DNA from: Tubiluchus corallicola
Lineage: Eukaryota > Animalia > Priapulida
Assembly (NCBI GenBank): GCA_030141605.1
Contig: JAQGDQ010001239.1
Coordinates: 1-52,979 of the forward strand
Reading direction: 5' to 3'
DNA: 52,979 bases
Under the pieces are notes generated by a model that saw only the letters and a list, made by a program, of their open reading frames with translations, had not been told where the DNA came from and did no database searches. Shown here in pieces: positions 12,696 through 23,574 of the stretch (the stretch's first letter is position 1; each line of letters begins with the position of its first letter). The translations under genes and the position numbers were made by a program.

Positions 12696-13109
12696 CAAGT
12701 TGTTCCAGCTCCAGTTGGACTAGATGTTTGCGAGGCGGCCTGCTACCTACAGGCGTTCCATCCGGAGGAGCTTCGTCGATCATCTGCCTCCTCCGTGGGT
12801 AGCAGCGACTCGGAGGACTCCGTTGCCAGGGGTATCGAGGAGTGGAGGGAGAGTGTTGGATTCAGGAAGGAGCATGGGTTTGCTCTTCCTGGATACCCCT
12901 GGCCACCGTCGCCTGGCCGTCCCAGGCGGCGGTCTCGTTCAGATGAGGAGGAAGAAGAGCAGGAGCGTGTCCGGCGTGTTCTGGAGGAACGAGAGCGGAT
13001 TTTGTCGGACACGTATGTCGATAGTGACCTGGATACATCACATGATATTAGCGATTACGAGAGATGGCGGTGGGAAGCCATTTATGGACAGCCATGGTTT
13101 TCTGAGTAA
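12696..13109 (+). CDS. Probable coding exon of an unknown acidic, Arg/Ser-rich protein (QVVPAPVGLD...DEEEEEQERVRRVLEERER...YGQPWFSE)
   Basis: Sharp GC/CpG-rich island bounded by a T-rich acceptor (tttttag|caa, 12695/12696) and a donor ga|gtaaga (13105/13106) overlapping a TAA; frame open throughout; candidate next acceptor tatag| at 13402/13403. Confidence 0.55.
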   Translation, partial: QVVPAPVGLDVCEAACYLQAFHPEELRRSSASSVGSSDSEDSVARGIEEWRESVGFRKEHGFALPGYPWPPSPGRPRRRSRSDEEEEEQERVRRVLEERERILSDTYVDSDLDTSHDISDYERWRWEAIYGQPWFSE

Positions 13110-13746
13110 GATGTTCTTGGTATGTCTTTTTTCTCTACAATTACTTATTATAATCTCCTACAAGTAAGACAATGAAATATCAGAGGTGCTTCAGTGGTGT
13201 TTCCTAAAGGGCAGGGAGGACAAGTCACCCTCTTCCTCCTACTCTGTCTAGTTAGAGTAGTTTCACACAAGAAACTTTTTTGTTACCCATTAACCCAAAC
13301 GTGTAACAGTAATTTTCATCTCACTATGTCAGCATGCCGCAGTATCCATGTTTTTTTCTGCAAACAATTGTAGTATTTTGACCTTTTTTCATTTTTATAT
13401 AGGAAAACGTGCAATGGTGTGGCATCATCATGTATTTTATGCAACATTCACTACAATTACTGAGAACATCAGATGTGCAGCACAGTGAGTGGAATCATGA
13501 AATTCTGTGCAGTATATGGAATGCAAGGAGTGGCAACACTGGATTGTCTTGCTTAACACAAGATCAGATATCCAAAGCAATGTTTTCTACAGCAAATGGA
13601 GACATTAGATGCCTAATGCAACAACAAGGTTTATTACATTACTGTTATATTTTATTGTGTGTTGTGTCATAGAAAAAGCCATTACAATTATCCTCATAGT
13701 ATGCTTTATATGAAACACTTGTTTCTGATACAATGTAATATTGTTA

Positions 13747-13934
13747 AATTGATGCTTTAACATTCAGCATCCCTGGCCCTATTCTGCATCACCAATTGAT
13801 GCTTTAACATTCAGCATCCCTGGCCCTATTCTGCATCATCAATTGATGCTTTAACATTCAGCATCCCTGGCCCTATTCTGCATCACCAATTGATGCTTTA
13901 ACATTCAGCATCCCTGGCCCATTTCTGCATCATC
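13747..13934. repeat. 47-bp tandem repeat, 4 copies
   Basis: aattgatgctttaacattcagcatccctggccctattctgcatcacc at 13747, 13794, 13841 and 13888. Confidence 0.97.
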
Positions 13935-14329
13935 ATTTCTATTCAGCTTCAGTTTGATGATTCTCTAATGTGTCTTTGCTATGAAGGACACGCCTCTTTT
14001 CTTTCTGTTCAGTGTCTAAATAAGTTTGTTGTTTGTCAAGACGAGTCAAGTAATGAAGTGGAGACACCTGGTAGTTGGTCGCTACAACTTCTTTTTCAAT
14101 GTATGACTTCATTTGTGATAATTAGTCGTCAGGGAATCAAATTTATAAAATTCATTTCGCATTTTGCACGACTTTGCATTTCTTGGCATCATGCAGACTG
14201 CTTGTCATAATCTTTAGTTATTTTTCTCTCGGGGTGATAATATAGCAGGAGGAGGAGTCACTCTTCTGTTTTCATATTTTTATGTATATACGAGCAAAGT
14301 TGGTCTGCACGTAATCGAGAGGGCATCAT
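13922..14329 (-). pseudogene. Possible decayed ORF (MMPSRLRADQLCSYIH...) interrupted almost only by TGA
   Basis: One frame of about 135 codons has 8 TGA, 1 TAG and no TAA. Confidence 0.35.
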
Positions 14330-14759
14330 TGTTTCTATTGTGTTTTTCTGCTGTCATTTCATTAAATAATTTAAACCAAATTTTGCTTAAAGACTTTTTC
14401 TAGCCAATAAGAAACACTTGCAGGTTTTTTGGCGCCCCCTGGATGGTGTCTTAAGTATCGTTTGTTTGAAGATTGTTAGGCAGGATTTTGCGCATTTAAT
14501 TTAAATTTTTTGATTGGTTCTTTTCGACCAGCGCATGCACATTGGGCAGTAGTCGACAGTTCTTGACGTGAAAGACAGATATTTTCAATTGTGAGAAATC
14601 TATAAGGTTCAGAAATAGTTTGTGTGTAACCTGCGGTTCAGAACTGGAATTATCTTTTTGCGTTACTTGTTATCCATATATTTACAAGAATACATGACTT
14701 CCTTCCTGGAAAACATTATTCCCTGTTAAGTGTTTTACCTAAAAAATGACTATTTTCGC

Positions 14760-15460
14760 TCTAAAAATTAGTAAAACTTTTTCATTGAGAATGTCAAAAT
14801 GATATCTTCCAACCTTGTGATTGTTTATTTACTGTTTTGATTACTTATGTAACTGTCACTTCAACTGTGTCTTAGAACTCTAGAATTGTTAAGGAGCTAA
14901 GTCATCAAACTTAAGCAGGTCATAGCAAGAGATGAGAGAAAAATTGTTGTTGGGTAGGTGTTGACATGGGCTGGGGGCAGTCTAAGGTCAAAGTTTACAA
15001 CAAGTAGGGACTATGAGCGGCTGGGCAAACAAAGGTACTCCTCTTACTGTCCCAAGTGAGGAAGTGACATTGGAGAAGTGGTCGGTGACCTTGCGTGGGT
15101 GGATTGAGGTCAACGGAAGTGGAAGTTCATTAACTACTACAGAAGGGAAGTCATAAAACTACAAGAGCTTGTTGACTAACCTTATGCGACTCATAATACG
15201 AAGTGGGCGAGTAACTAAGATGAGGTATTTGGTGAGTTTAAGTTGATAGTTCACAGTTAAACGTTGCAATAATTGCACAATTGCAATGAATTTGGCAAGC
15301 AAAGCTGGAGAACTTGCTATACCGGGCAGAGAACGAGTTTGGTTATGTAATCAGTGAGTTTTTATTGGTTGTTCTAGATAAAGAACGTTAAGATTTAAAA
15401 ACTATTATAAGAAACAGTTATAAAAGCTCAAGGAGCTGAGTGTTCAAACTGATGCAACTT
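14760..15460 (+). repeat. Left arm of a long imperfect inverted repeat (partner 17782-18482)
   Basis: gattacttatgtaactgtcacttcaactgtgtcttagaactctagaattg... is the reverse complement of ~18360-18410; alignable through aactgatgcaactta at ~15447-15461. Confidence 0.93.
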
Positions 15461-15788
15461 ATGTTACGTAATGAGGTTAGCGAATGACTTTGTTGGTGGA
15501 GGTTCAAGGTTAGAAGCCGTACAATTGTAAAACTGTGGACAGTACGAGGTCATGGGCTGCAACAACTTCTAAAACCACCAGTAGTTAGGCAAACAAAGGC
15601 TTGCAACGTATTTTTCTAAAGGGAGGGTGACTAATTATCATAAATTGTGGCAACTCAAAACATCTGTAAAAAGCAGTATTACTGAATTACTGCTAAAGTG
15701 CAAGGCAACCAGTGCCAGGCTAATATTATTCATTTTGCCTCTCAATCTAGAACTACTGATGCTGGCAAGCTGATAGTGTACTTAGTGT

Positions 15789-15873
15789 ACAACTGTGTAC
15801 CATTTTCAAACTGTAAAACAGGGGACCTTACAACTGTGTACCATTTTCAAACTGTAAAACAGGATACCTTACA
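15789..15873. repeat. 41-bp tandem duplication
   Basis: acaactgtgtaccattttcaaactgtaaaacagg twice. Confidence 0.9.
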
Positions 15874-17049
15874 AATGTGTGAAATTTTAAACTTTTTACA
15901 TCGACAGTAAAAGAAGTAAAATGATTTTTTTAATTTCTTAGATTTTTCATTTACAATATCATTTCTATCATTTACACGTTTGTGTTGTTTATAATAGTTC
16001 CAAATCTTATTGCTTCTGTGTTTAATTTTTACTTTTCGTACTTGCAATTAATCAGTAGACCTATGCTAGCTAAGGTTTACTTATTATATCTGCTGCACTA
16101 ATTTATGCAAGACAGTTTGAGTTGAAAACGTAATCATTAAGCTACTGTAGTGCAAACATTTTCTATGATCCAGTTCTAAAAGCAAAATTTGTTGAAAATC
16201 CGCTTACTTGAGCAATTTTAAGACTTCCATGTTTTTTTTAATTTCAAAAATGTTAGAAAAATATTCACAAACAACATCGGAAAATTTGATGTCACATGTT
16301 CAAGCTGCAGCAGTTTAAGCATTAGTTAGAGATAGTTAGTGATAATTAGTGATAATTAGTTTTAGTTTTAGTTAGTAACAGGGCGGTAGGTAAGGAGCGT
16401 AGGGTCTCATCAATTAAAACTATAAAACTTGTTTTTATCAAGTGGTTTTTTATATTTATATGATATACAAATCATTTAAAATGTCCTACTCTCCTTGCCA
16501 CGTTAGAGCCGTTAATTAATTTATTAATTAAGGAATAGATTATTTTATTCAAAGCCTTACAAAGTCTTCCAAAATTTACTACATAAATAAGAAACAGCGA
16601 GACACGGCTTTTACTTTGTAAAACTTTGAATATCTTGCAGTTAGATCTGCACTAATTAGGATTACGTTAATTAATAGGCTCTGAATCATCAAGAGCGACT
16701 GCAGCGCTGCCGGCAGCTGCTGCAGTAACTGTAGCAACTTGAACACTGCGGCGTTGTGTGTTGAAGATGTTATGATTAAAATTTGGGCTAAAAACCATCT
16801 TGTAATCTTGCCCTTAGTCCTGAGGTAGAACATGTTTTTACTGCAGTAATTTAACTGAAATTACAGCAATTAAACTTACTTCTCAATAAAGTGATATTAG
16901 ATTGGGAAAAATTCTTTTAGCAGCAGATATAATTTTAATGATAAGTTGCAAGCGATGTTTTTTTGTAAGAAAGCAGGCACATTTTATCATATTGTATCAC
17001 TGGCTACGTCATTATTGGTCACTCAATGTAGTTCTGTTAACTGTCCTTT

Positions 17050-17765
17050 TATAGAAAGTTTGAGTTGTCACTGAATTTAAACCACAAATTAAAGTCACCT
17101 ATAGAAAGTTTGAGTTGTCACTGAATTTAAACCACAAACTAAAGTCACCTTTAGAAAGTTTGAGTTGTCACTGAATTTAAACCACAAGCTAAAGTCACCT
17201 ATAGAAAGTATGAGTTGTCACTGAATTTAAACCACAAGCTAAAGTCACCTATAGAAAGTTTGAGTTGTCACTGAATTTAAACCACAAGCTAAAGTCACCT
17301 ATAGAAAGTTTGAGTTGTCACTGAATTTAAACCACAAGCTAAAGTCACCTATAGAGAGCTGAGTTGTCACCGAATTTAAACCACAAGCTAAAGTCACCTA
17401 TAGAGAGTTGAGTTGTCACTGAATTTAAACCACAAGCTAAAGTCACCTATAGAGAATTTCAATTGTCACCGAATTTAAACCACAAGCTAAAGTCACCTAT
17501 AGAAAGTTTGAGTTGTCACTGAATTTAAACCACAAACTAAAGTCACCTATAGAGAGCTGAGTTGTCACTGAATTTAAACCACAAACTAAAGTCACCTATA
17601 GAGAGTTGAGTTGTCACTGAATTTAAACCACAAACTAAAGTCACCTAATAGAGAGTTGAGTTGTCACTGAATTTAAACCACAAACTAAAGTCACCTATAG
17701 AGAGTTGAGTTGTCACTGAATTTAAGCCACAAACTAAAGTCAACTATATAGAGTTGAGTTGTCAC
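17050..17765. repeat. 49-50-bp minisatellite, about 14 copies
   Basis: tatagaaagtttgagttgtcactgaatttaaaccacaagctaaagtcacc repeated; variants cluster along the array. Confidence 0.98.
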
Positions 17766-17781
17766 AGTTCAGTTTAGGTTA

Positions 17782-18482
17782 AGTTGCATCAGTTCAGGCA
17801 CACAACTCCCGCTTACCATTTTAATGCAATTGTCTCTTATAATTGTTTCTAAATCGTAGCATCCTTTCCTCTTCCACCACTAATCTAAAGTCATTGATTT
17901 ACTTCATCGATCTCCTTCTCCACCTGGTGCAGTAAGTTATCTACCTTTCCTTTCCGAATTCTTTGCTGTTGTGCTTTTGTTGTCACCTTTACCTGTGAAC
18001 CACCCACTCAAAGTCACTGAATACCCCATCTTCGTTACTCATCTACCTCTTGTTATGAGTTGCATAATGTTTGTCAATGAGCTCCTTGCAGTTTTGTAAC
18101 CTCCTTTCTCTAGTAGTTTTTAAACTTTCATCTCCTTTGACTTTAATCCACCCACGCAAGGTCACCGACCACTTCACCAATGTCACTTCCTCACTTGGTA
18201 CAGTAAGAGGAGTACCTTTGTTTGTCCAGCCGCTCATAGTCCTTGCTTGTTGTAAACTTTGACCCTAAACTGCCCTCCCCCATGTCACCACCTACCCAAC
18301 AACAATTTCTCTCCCATCTCTTGCTATGACCTGTTTAAGTTTGATGACTTAGCTCCTTAACAATTCTAGAGTTCTAAGACACAGTTGAAGTGACAGTTAC
18401 ATAAGTAATCCAAATAATAAATAAATAATCACTGGGTTGGAAAGTTGTGTTTTGACCATTCAATGAGTTTTACTATTTTTAA
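17782..18482 (-). repeat. Right arm of the long imperfect inverted repeat (partner 14760-15460)
   Basis: Reverse complement aligns colinearly to 14760-15460. Confidence 0.93.
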
Positions 18483-19112
18483 ACAGTGCTGGCACTTTCG
18501 TATTCGTCCCCGGCCTGCTTACTCTCTAAACTACTAGGTGAGATGTTTGCACATTATTTGTCCCTGGTGGTTAGCGTAATTTACAACATGCAGCATTTGT
18601 ATGTTTTCGTCTGAAGAAGAAACAATGGCAAAGTTTTGTATAACGTGATCTTGAGTCTACCTACACCTCCGTTAGGTCTTTTAGGGGTGGTTAAACTCCC
18701 TGGTTGGTCCGAGATTACAGCCTCGCTGTCAACTTACGCTGACTTAATTTGGCATTTACAGCACTACAATTACGCAAGGCGCTATATAGTAAATTTATTA
18801 TAATTTATAGTGTTAGTACTTTTTATAGTAACTCAAGTCGCAAAAAACTTCCCTCTCAAGTTAGATGTTACCATTACGCCTAACTACTTCAAACACTTGG
18901 TCACTTTGCTTCTTAACAATTGTTGATTTGTAAGACTATCACTTACACTGGTTTTATTATGGACAAGTTCCAGAAGTAGTCGAGCTTTGTTTACTCCACG
19001 TATCTCTCATGTCTGCTTCCATTATACTTAACAGGATAGTCTATAGTGTTCCAGTGTGTCCTACTTATATCTAGTGTTGGTGTTTTGTGACTGCATAAAA
19101 ATGTAACATGGT

Positions 19113-19800
19113 AAGGGGCGGCTTTAGGTAGTTTGGGGTGCTCTAGGCAAAATTTTTTTTAACGCCCTCTCTTCCACCTAGAATTTATGGCGCCATCTTT
19201 TCCGCGTAGAGTTTTTGGCGCCGTCTTTTTCACATAGAGTTTTTGGCGCCGCCCTCTTTTCCACGTAGAGTTTTTGGCACCCTCTTTTCCACGTAGAGTT
19301 TTTAGCGTCGCCCTCTTTTCCGCGTATAGTTTTTGGCGCCGCCCTCTTTTACACGTAGAGTTTTTGGCACCCTCTTTTCCACGTAGAGTTTTTGGCGCCC
19401 TCTTTTCCACGTACTTTTTTTCGCCGCCTTCCACGTAGAATTTTGGCGCCCTCTTTTCCACGTAGAATTTTTGGCACCCTCTTTTCCACGTAGAGTTTTT
19501 AGCGCCCTCTCTTCAACATAGAATTTTTAGCGCCCTCTTTTCCACGTAGAGTGTTAGCGCCCTCTCTTCAACGTAGAATTTTTAGGGCCCTCCAACGCTC
19601 AATCCCTTCTCCCGCTGCCGCCTCCACCATACCCCCAAAATTAAATTTGTAGTGACAATATTATAATGGTAGCTTATAATTGGTGCATATTCTAGCCCTC
19701 TTGGTTTATTAAGCACAATTGTTCATAATTGTTATCACTTATGCTAAACTTAAAAATTAAACACTTCTAAAATTTGGCGCCCCATTAAAATTTGTTGCTC
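19113..19800. mobile_element. Decayed hAT-like MITE with an internal 28-31-bp array (19160-19590, about 14 copies)
   Basis: Begins aaggggcggctttagg...ctaggcaaaat (resembles CAGGGCCGGC...GGCGCCCTAGGC-type ends); array unit ttttccacgtagagtttttggcgccctc; the array is certain, the element class is inferred. Confidence 0.55.
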
Positions 19801-19822
19801 CAGCTAACTGCTTAGCTTGTTT

Positions 19823-20040
19823 AGTGGTACAGTCTGCTCTGAACATGGTATAAACAGTAAACAAGCACCTTGTATAGAGTGGTACAGTCTGCTCTGAACA
19901 TGGTATAAACAGTAAACAAGCACCTTGTATAGAGTGGTACAGTCTGCTCTGAACATGGTATAAACAGTAAACAAGCACCTTGTATAGAGTGGTACAGTCT
20001 GCTCTGAACATGGTATAAACAGTAAACAAGCACCTTGTAT
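19823..20040. repeat. 55-bp tandem repeat, 4 copies
   Basis: agtggtacagtctgctctgaacatggtataaacagtaaacaagcaccttgtatag x4. Confidence 0.97.
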
Positions 20041-21614
20041 TTCTAATCGAGTGAATTTGGTGATTAACTGACACTGGTTTGGGCTTGTTCTGGACAACTT
20101 CTAACGTTGGTTTCAGAAAAATTATACTACTTTACAGTAATTTTATGTACATATCGTATTCACGTCGAAAAGAATTTTCGTTTGTTTTCATTTTAAATCT
20201 CCCGCAATACTGTTCCGACGCCACGTAAATCAGGGGAAGAAAAGGCAATGTTAAATTATGATCTAAAAAACTTTCCATGCAAAACTATATTACTTAGCAT
20301 TTCACTTACCTGCTGGAAAGACTTAAATTACTAGACTAATAATTTAAAATGTTTGTGCCAATTGGTTAAATGTCACTGACTCACCCGCCAGGGTGCGCCA
20401 CTCACTAGCCAAGAACGTATTTTTAAACTTATTGACAAGATACAGTAATTTAAAAGTTTACTTAATTAGCAATGTTCATGCTACGAATACTCTGATTATT
20501 TTTTCAAACTTTATTTAATGTTATCAAAACTTTCTTCAAACGACCTACGATTAAAATGGCCTCACCTAACGGTCATCTGGAGTTTAAATTTACACGTTCT
20601 ATACAGCTTTGCGTCCGATGCAAGCAATGCATACGAAAAGGTAGCATGTAAGTGGTATAAAATCTCCACCGACATTACCCCTCCCCACCGATAATTTGGC
20701 AGCAAAAATTCTATAATTATTTTGCATGAAATTTTGAGCAAATATTTATGAATATCTGTGAAGATCTTGCAGCTGTAATCTTGGCTCGGTGCCAGCAATA
20801 ATTTATCTTTCTCTTCCATCCTCGTACTTTGTAGGGACAAGATTTTGTTCTGTGTTTCGTATACCCAGCATTCACGATCCCCAATCCGTTATTGTTGTGA
20901 TTAAAATTTTTTTTAATATAGTCTTATTTATAGTACCAGTTTAACCTATTCGTGGTAAAATAACGACTATGGGCTTTTGTAATGCACATTGTAAAATTTA
21001 AATGTTTTTTCGGTTGACTGACGTAGAAACGAATTTGCATTTTCTACATTTCTGTAGATTTCTTGTAGATTTCTCACAGTTGAATCAGGTAATCACTGAA
21101 TGCAGAAACGTTTTTTCTTCCTCGACTGGGAACCATTCACATTTCTATGTAGAACTGCGCTATTTTACAAACAAGCATTGCATGATTTTGTTTCAGTATT
21201 GTCATGATCGTCTTCGTTATTATCATCATCATCGTCATCTCCACTACAACTAGCTTCTTCGTAAAGAAACCACAAGACTGCCAGTAATTATTTTGGTCGT
21301 CGTTGTTGTTGCCGCCGCCATTATTTGCCTTCTTTTAACAGTTTTTGTTTTTATATTAATTTTTGCAGATTTTTTTTCGTTTTTTCATTCGAGAAACAAC
21401 ATTTCCTTTTGTAAACACATTTAAGAATGCTGAAGTACGTTTTCTTTTCGATTGTTATTTCACAATCACAGCAACAGGTTCCATGGCGAAGCAGTCCAGC
21501 AGACATCATTCTAATTCTTGTTTCAAGTGCTGTTGTTCTATCAAGTTGCTTGTAAATTTTGGCTATTGATGATTATGGAAAATTGCTCCCATTCTCTAAA
21601 TCTCATTTGGTTCA

Positions 21615-22690
21615 TAGTTACTGCTATAGGGCGTTTGACAAAGTTGTGCAAGCAGATGATTTCAGTTTTTTCCCAAGAACTTGTTGTTCTGTCGAGTGGC
21701 TATTAGTTACTGCTATAAGGTGTTTGACAAAGTTGTGCAAGCAGATGATTCCAGTTTTTTCCCAAGAACTTGTTGTTCTGTCGAGTGGCTATTAGTAACT
21801 GCTATAAGGTGTTTGACAAAGTTGTGCAAGCAGATGATTCCAGTTTTTTCCTCAAGAACTTGTTGTTCTGTCGAGTGGCTATTAGTTACTGCTATAGGGT
21901 GCTTGACAAAGTTGTGCAAGCAGATGATTCCAGTTTTTTCCCAAGAACTTGTTGTTCTGTCGAGTGGCTATCAGTTACTGCTATAAGGTGTTTGACAAAG
22001 TTGTGCAAGCAGATGATTTTAGTTTTTTCCCCAAGAACTTGTTGTTCTGTCGAGTGGCTATTAGTTACTGCTATAGGGTGCTTGACAAAGTTGTGCAAGC
22101 AGATCATTCCAGTTTTTTCCCAAGAACTTGTTGTTCTGTCGAGTGACTATCAGTTACTGCTATAGGGCGTTTGACAAAGTTGTGCAAACAGATGATTTTA
22201 GTTTTTTCCCCAAGAACTTGTTGTTCTGTCGAGTGGCTATTAGTTACTGCTATAAGGTGTTTGACAAAGTTGTGCAAGCAGATGATTCCAGTTTTTTCCC
22301 CCAAGAACTTGTTGTTCTGTCGAGTGGCTATTAGTTACTGCTATAAGGTGTTTGACAAAGTTGTGCAAACAGATGATTCCAGTTTTTTCCCAAGAACTTC
22401 TTGTTCTGTCGAGTGGCTATTAGTAACTGCTATAAGGTGTTTGACAAAGTTGTGCAAACAGATGATTTCAGTTTTTTCCTCAAGAACTTGTTGTTCTGTC
22501 GAGTGGCTATTAGTAACTGCTATAAGGTGTTTGACAAAGTTGTGCAAACAGATGATTTCAGTTTTTTCCTCAAGAACTTGTTGTTCTGTCGAGTGGCTAT
22601 TAGTTACTGCTATAAGGTGTTTGACAAACTTGTGCAAGCAGATGATTCCAGTTTTTTTCCAAGAACTTGTTGTTCTGTTGAGTGGCTATT
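21615..22690. repeat. 89-91-bp minisatellite, about 12 copies
   Basis: tagttactgctataaggtgtttgacaaagttgtgcaagcagatgattccagttttttcccaagaacttgttgttctgtcgagtggctat repeated. Confidence 0.98.
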
Positions 22691-23574
22691 GACTATTGCT
22701 AATTATGGGTCAATGGCATTTTTATGATCAACACCTGCAATCTTTCTTGTAACATTAACTTGAGTAGATAATTGTTGCATCAGTTGTGTTATTTAGGTAA
22801 GGGAATGTTACATTAATGAGCTGCATAATTATCATTAACTTTTCATGGCTTCTTTGCAGAACTATCGACTGAGGTTTTTCTTACCTAGACTGTAATCTCA
22901 CTGTGTTTTAATAATTTGCTGTCCCAAATAAAAAACAGGTTCGTGTCTCATAAGTTCTCTCTTCATTTTCAGTCATGGAATTAAAGTTTACAAACGAGAT
23001 TAGGCAGCACTGAAGTGTGGCTACCATTATCCGTTGGATAAGCTCTAAAAATTGTTGTATAACAAACATGTAAAAGCAATCACGAGGCTTTAATGCTTCT
23101 AAAGGCGTTAAAATAGTCAATCCATTTCCCGTATAAAATCGTGCGTGTGTCGTATTAAAGTAACAAAACAGAGTAACAATTTGGGACTATTCTGTCCCAT
23201 TAGCAGCAATTGTTTTAATATGACGTCTTGCATATGAATGCGGTCCGAAGTTTGCAGGCCTTTGCCGACAGACGGGTAGAGGTTGACCATCACCGGTTGG
23301 ATAATTTCGGAAAAATAAATCTTTGTAAGCCTCTAAAAAGTCGTTAATATGGCCTCTTACATTTTCTCGATAAAATTTGGGGTGGGGTGTCATCGGGGAG
23401 ATGCTGTATAACTCATAGCAAAATGAAAACTACTTTGGTGGCTATTTGCGTCGTCACATGGACCGATTATTATGCTGACATTTGGCGTGTTATTAAGTCA
23501 TAAAACCAACGTAAAGTATCAGTTAATACGTTTCTGGTGATGTCTTACATTTTCATAATTATTTTAGGATTTCG

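Noticed and set aside
13084-13099. 16-bp match atggacagccatggtt to the reverse complement of ~29814-29829 (GQPW in both peptides)
   Set aside because: One 16-mer match is plausible by chance in a window this size, and the flanks do not align
16698-16726. GC-rich near-palindrome in the loop of the long inverted repeat
   Set aside because: Short, made of low-complexity CTG/CAG units, and not at the symmetry centre
18060-18260. Faint APE-endonuclease-like words (ISFDFN) in the right inverted-repeat arm
   Set aside because: The frame is not preserved in the other arm and catalytic motifs are missing
21559-22727. Many overlapping ORFs
   Set aside because: Products of the 89-91-bp array, with frames shifting between copies
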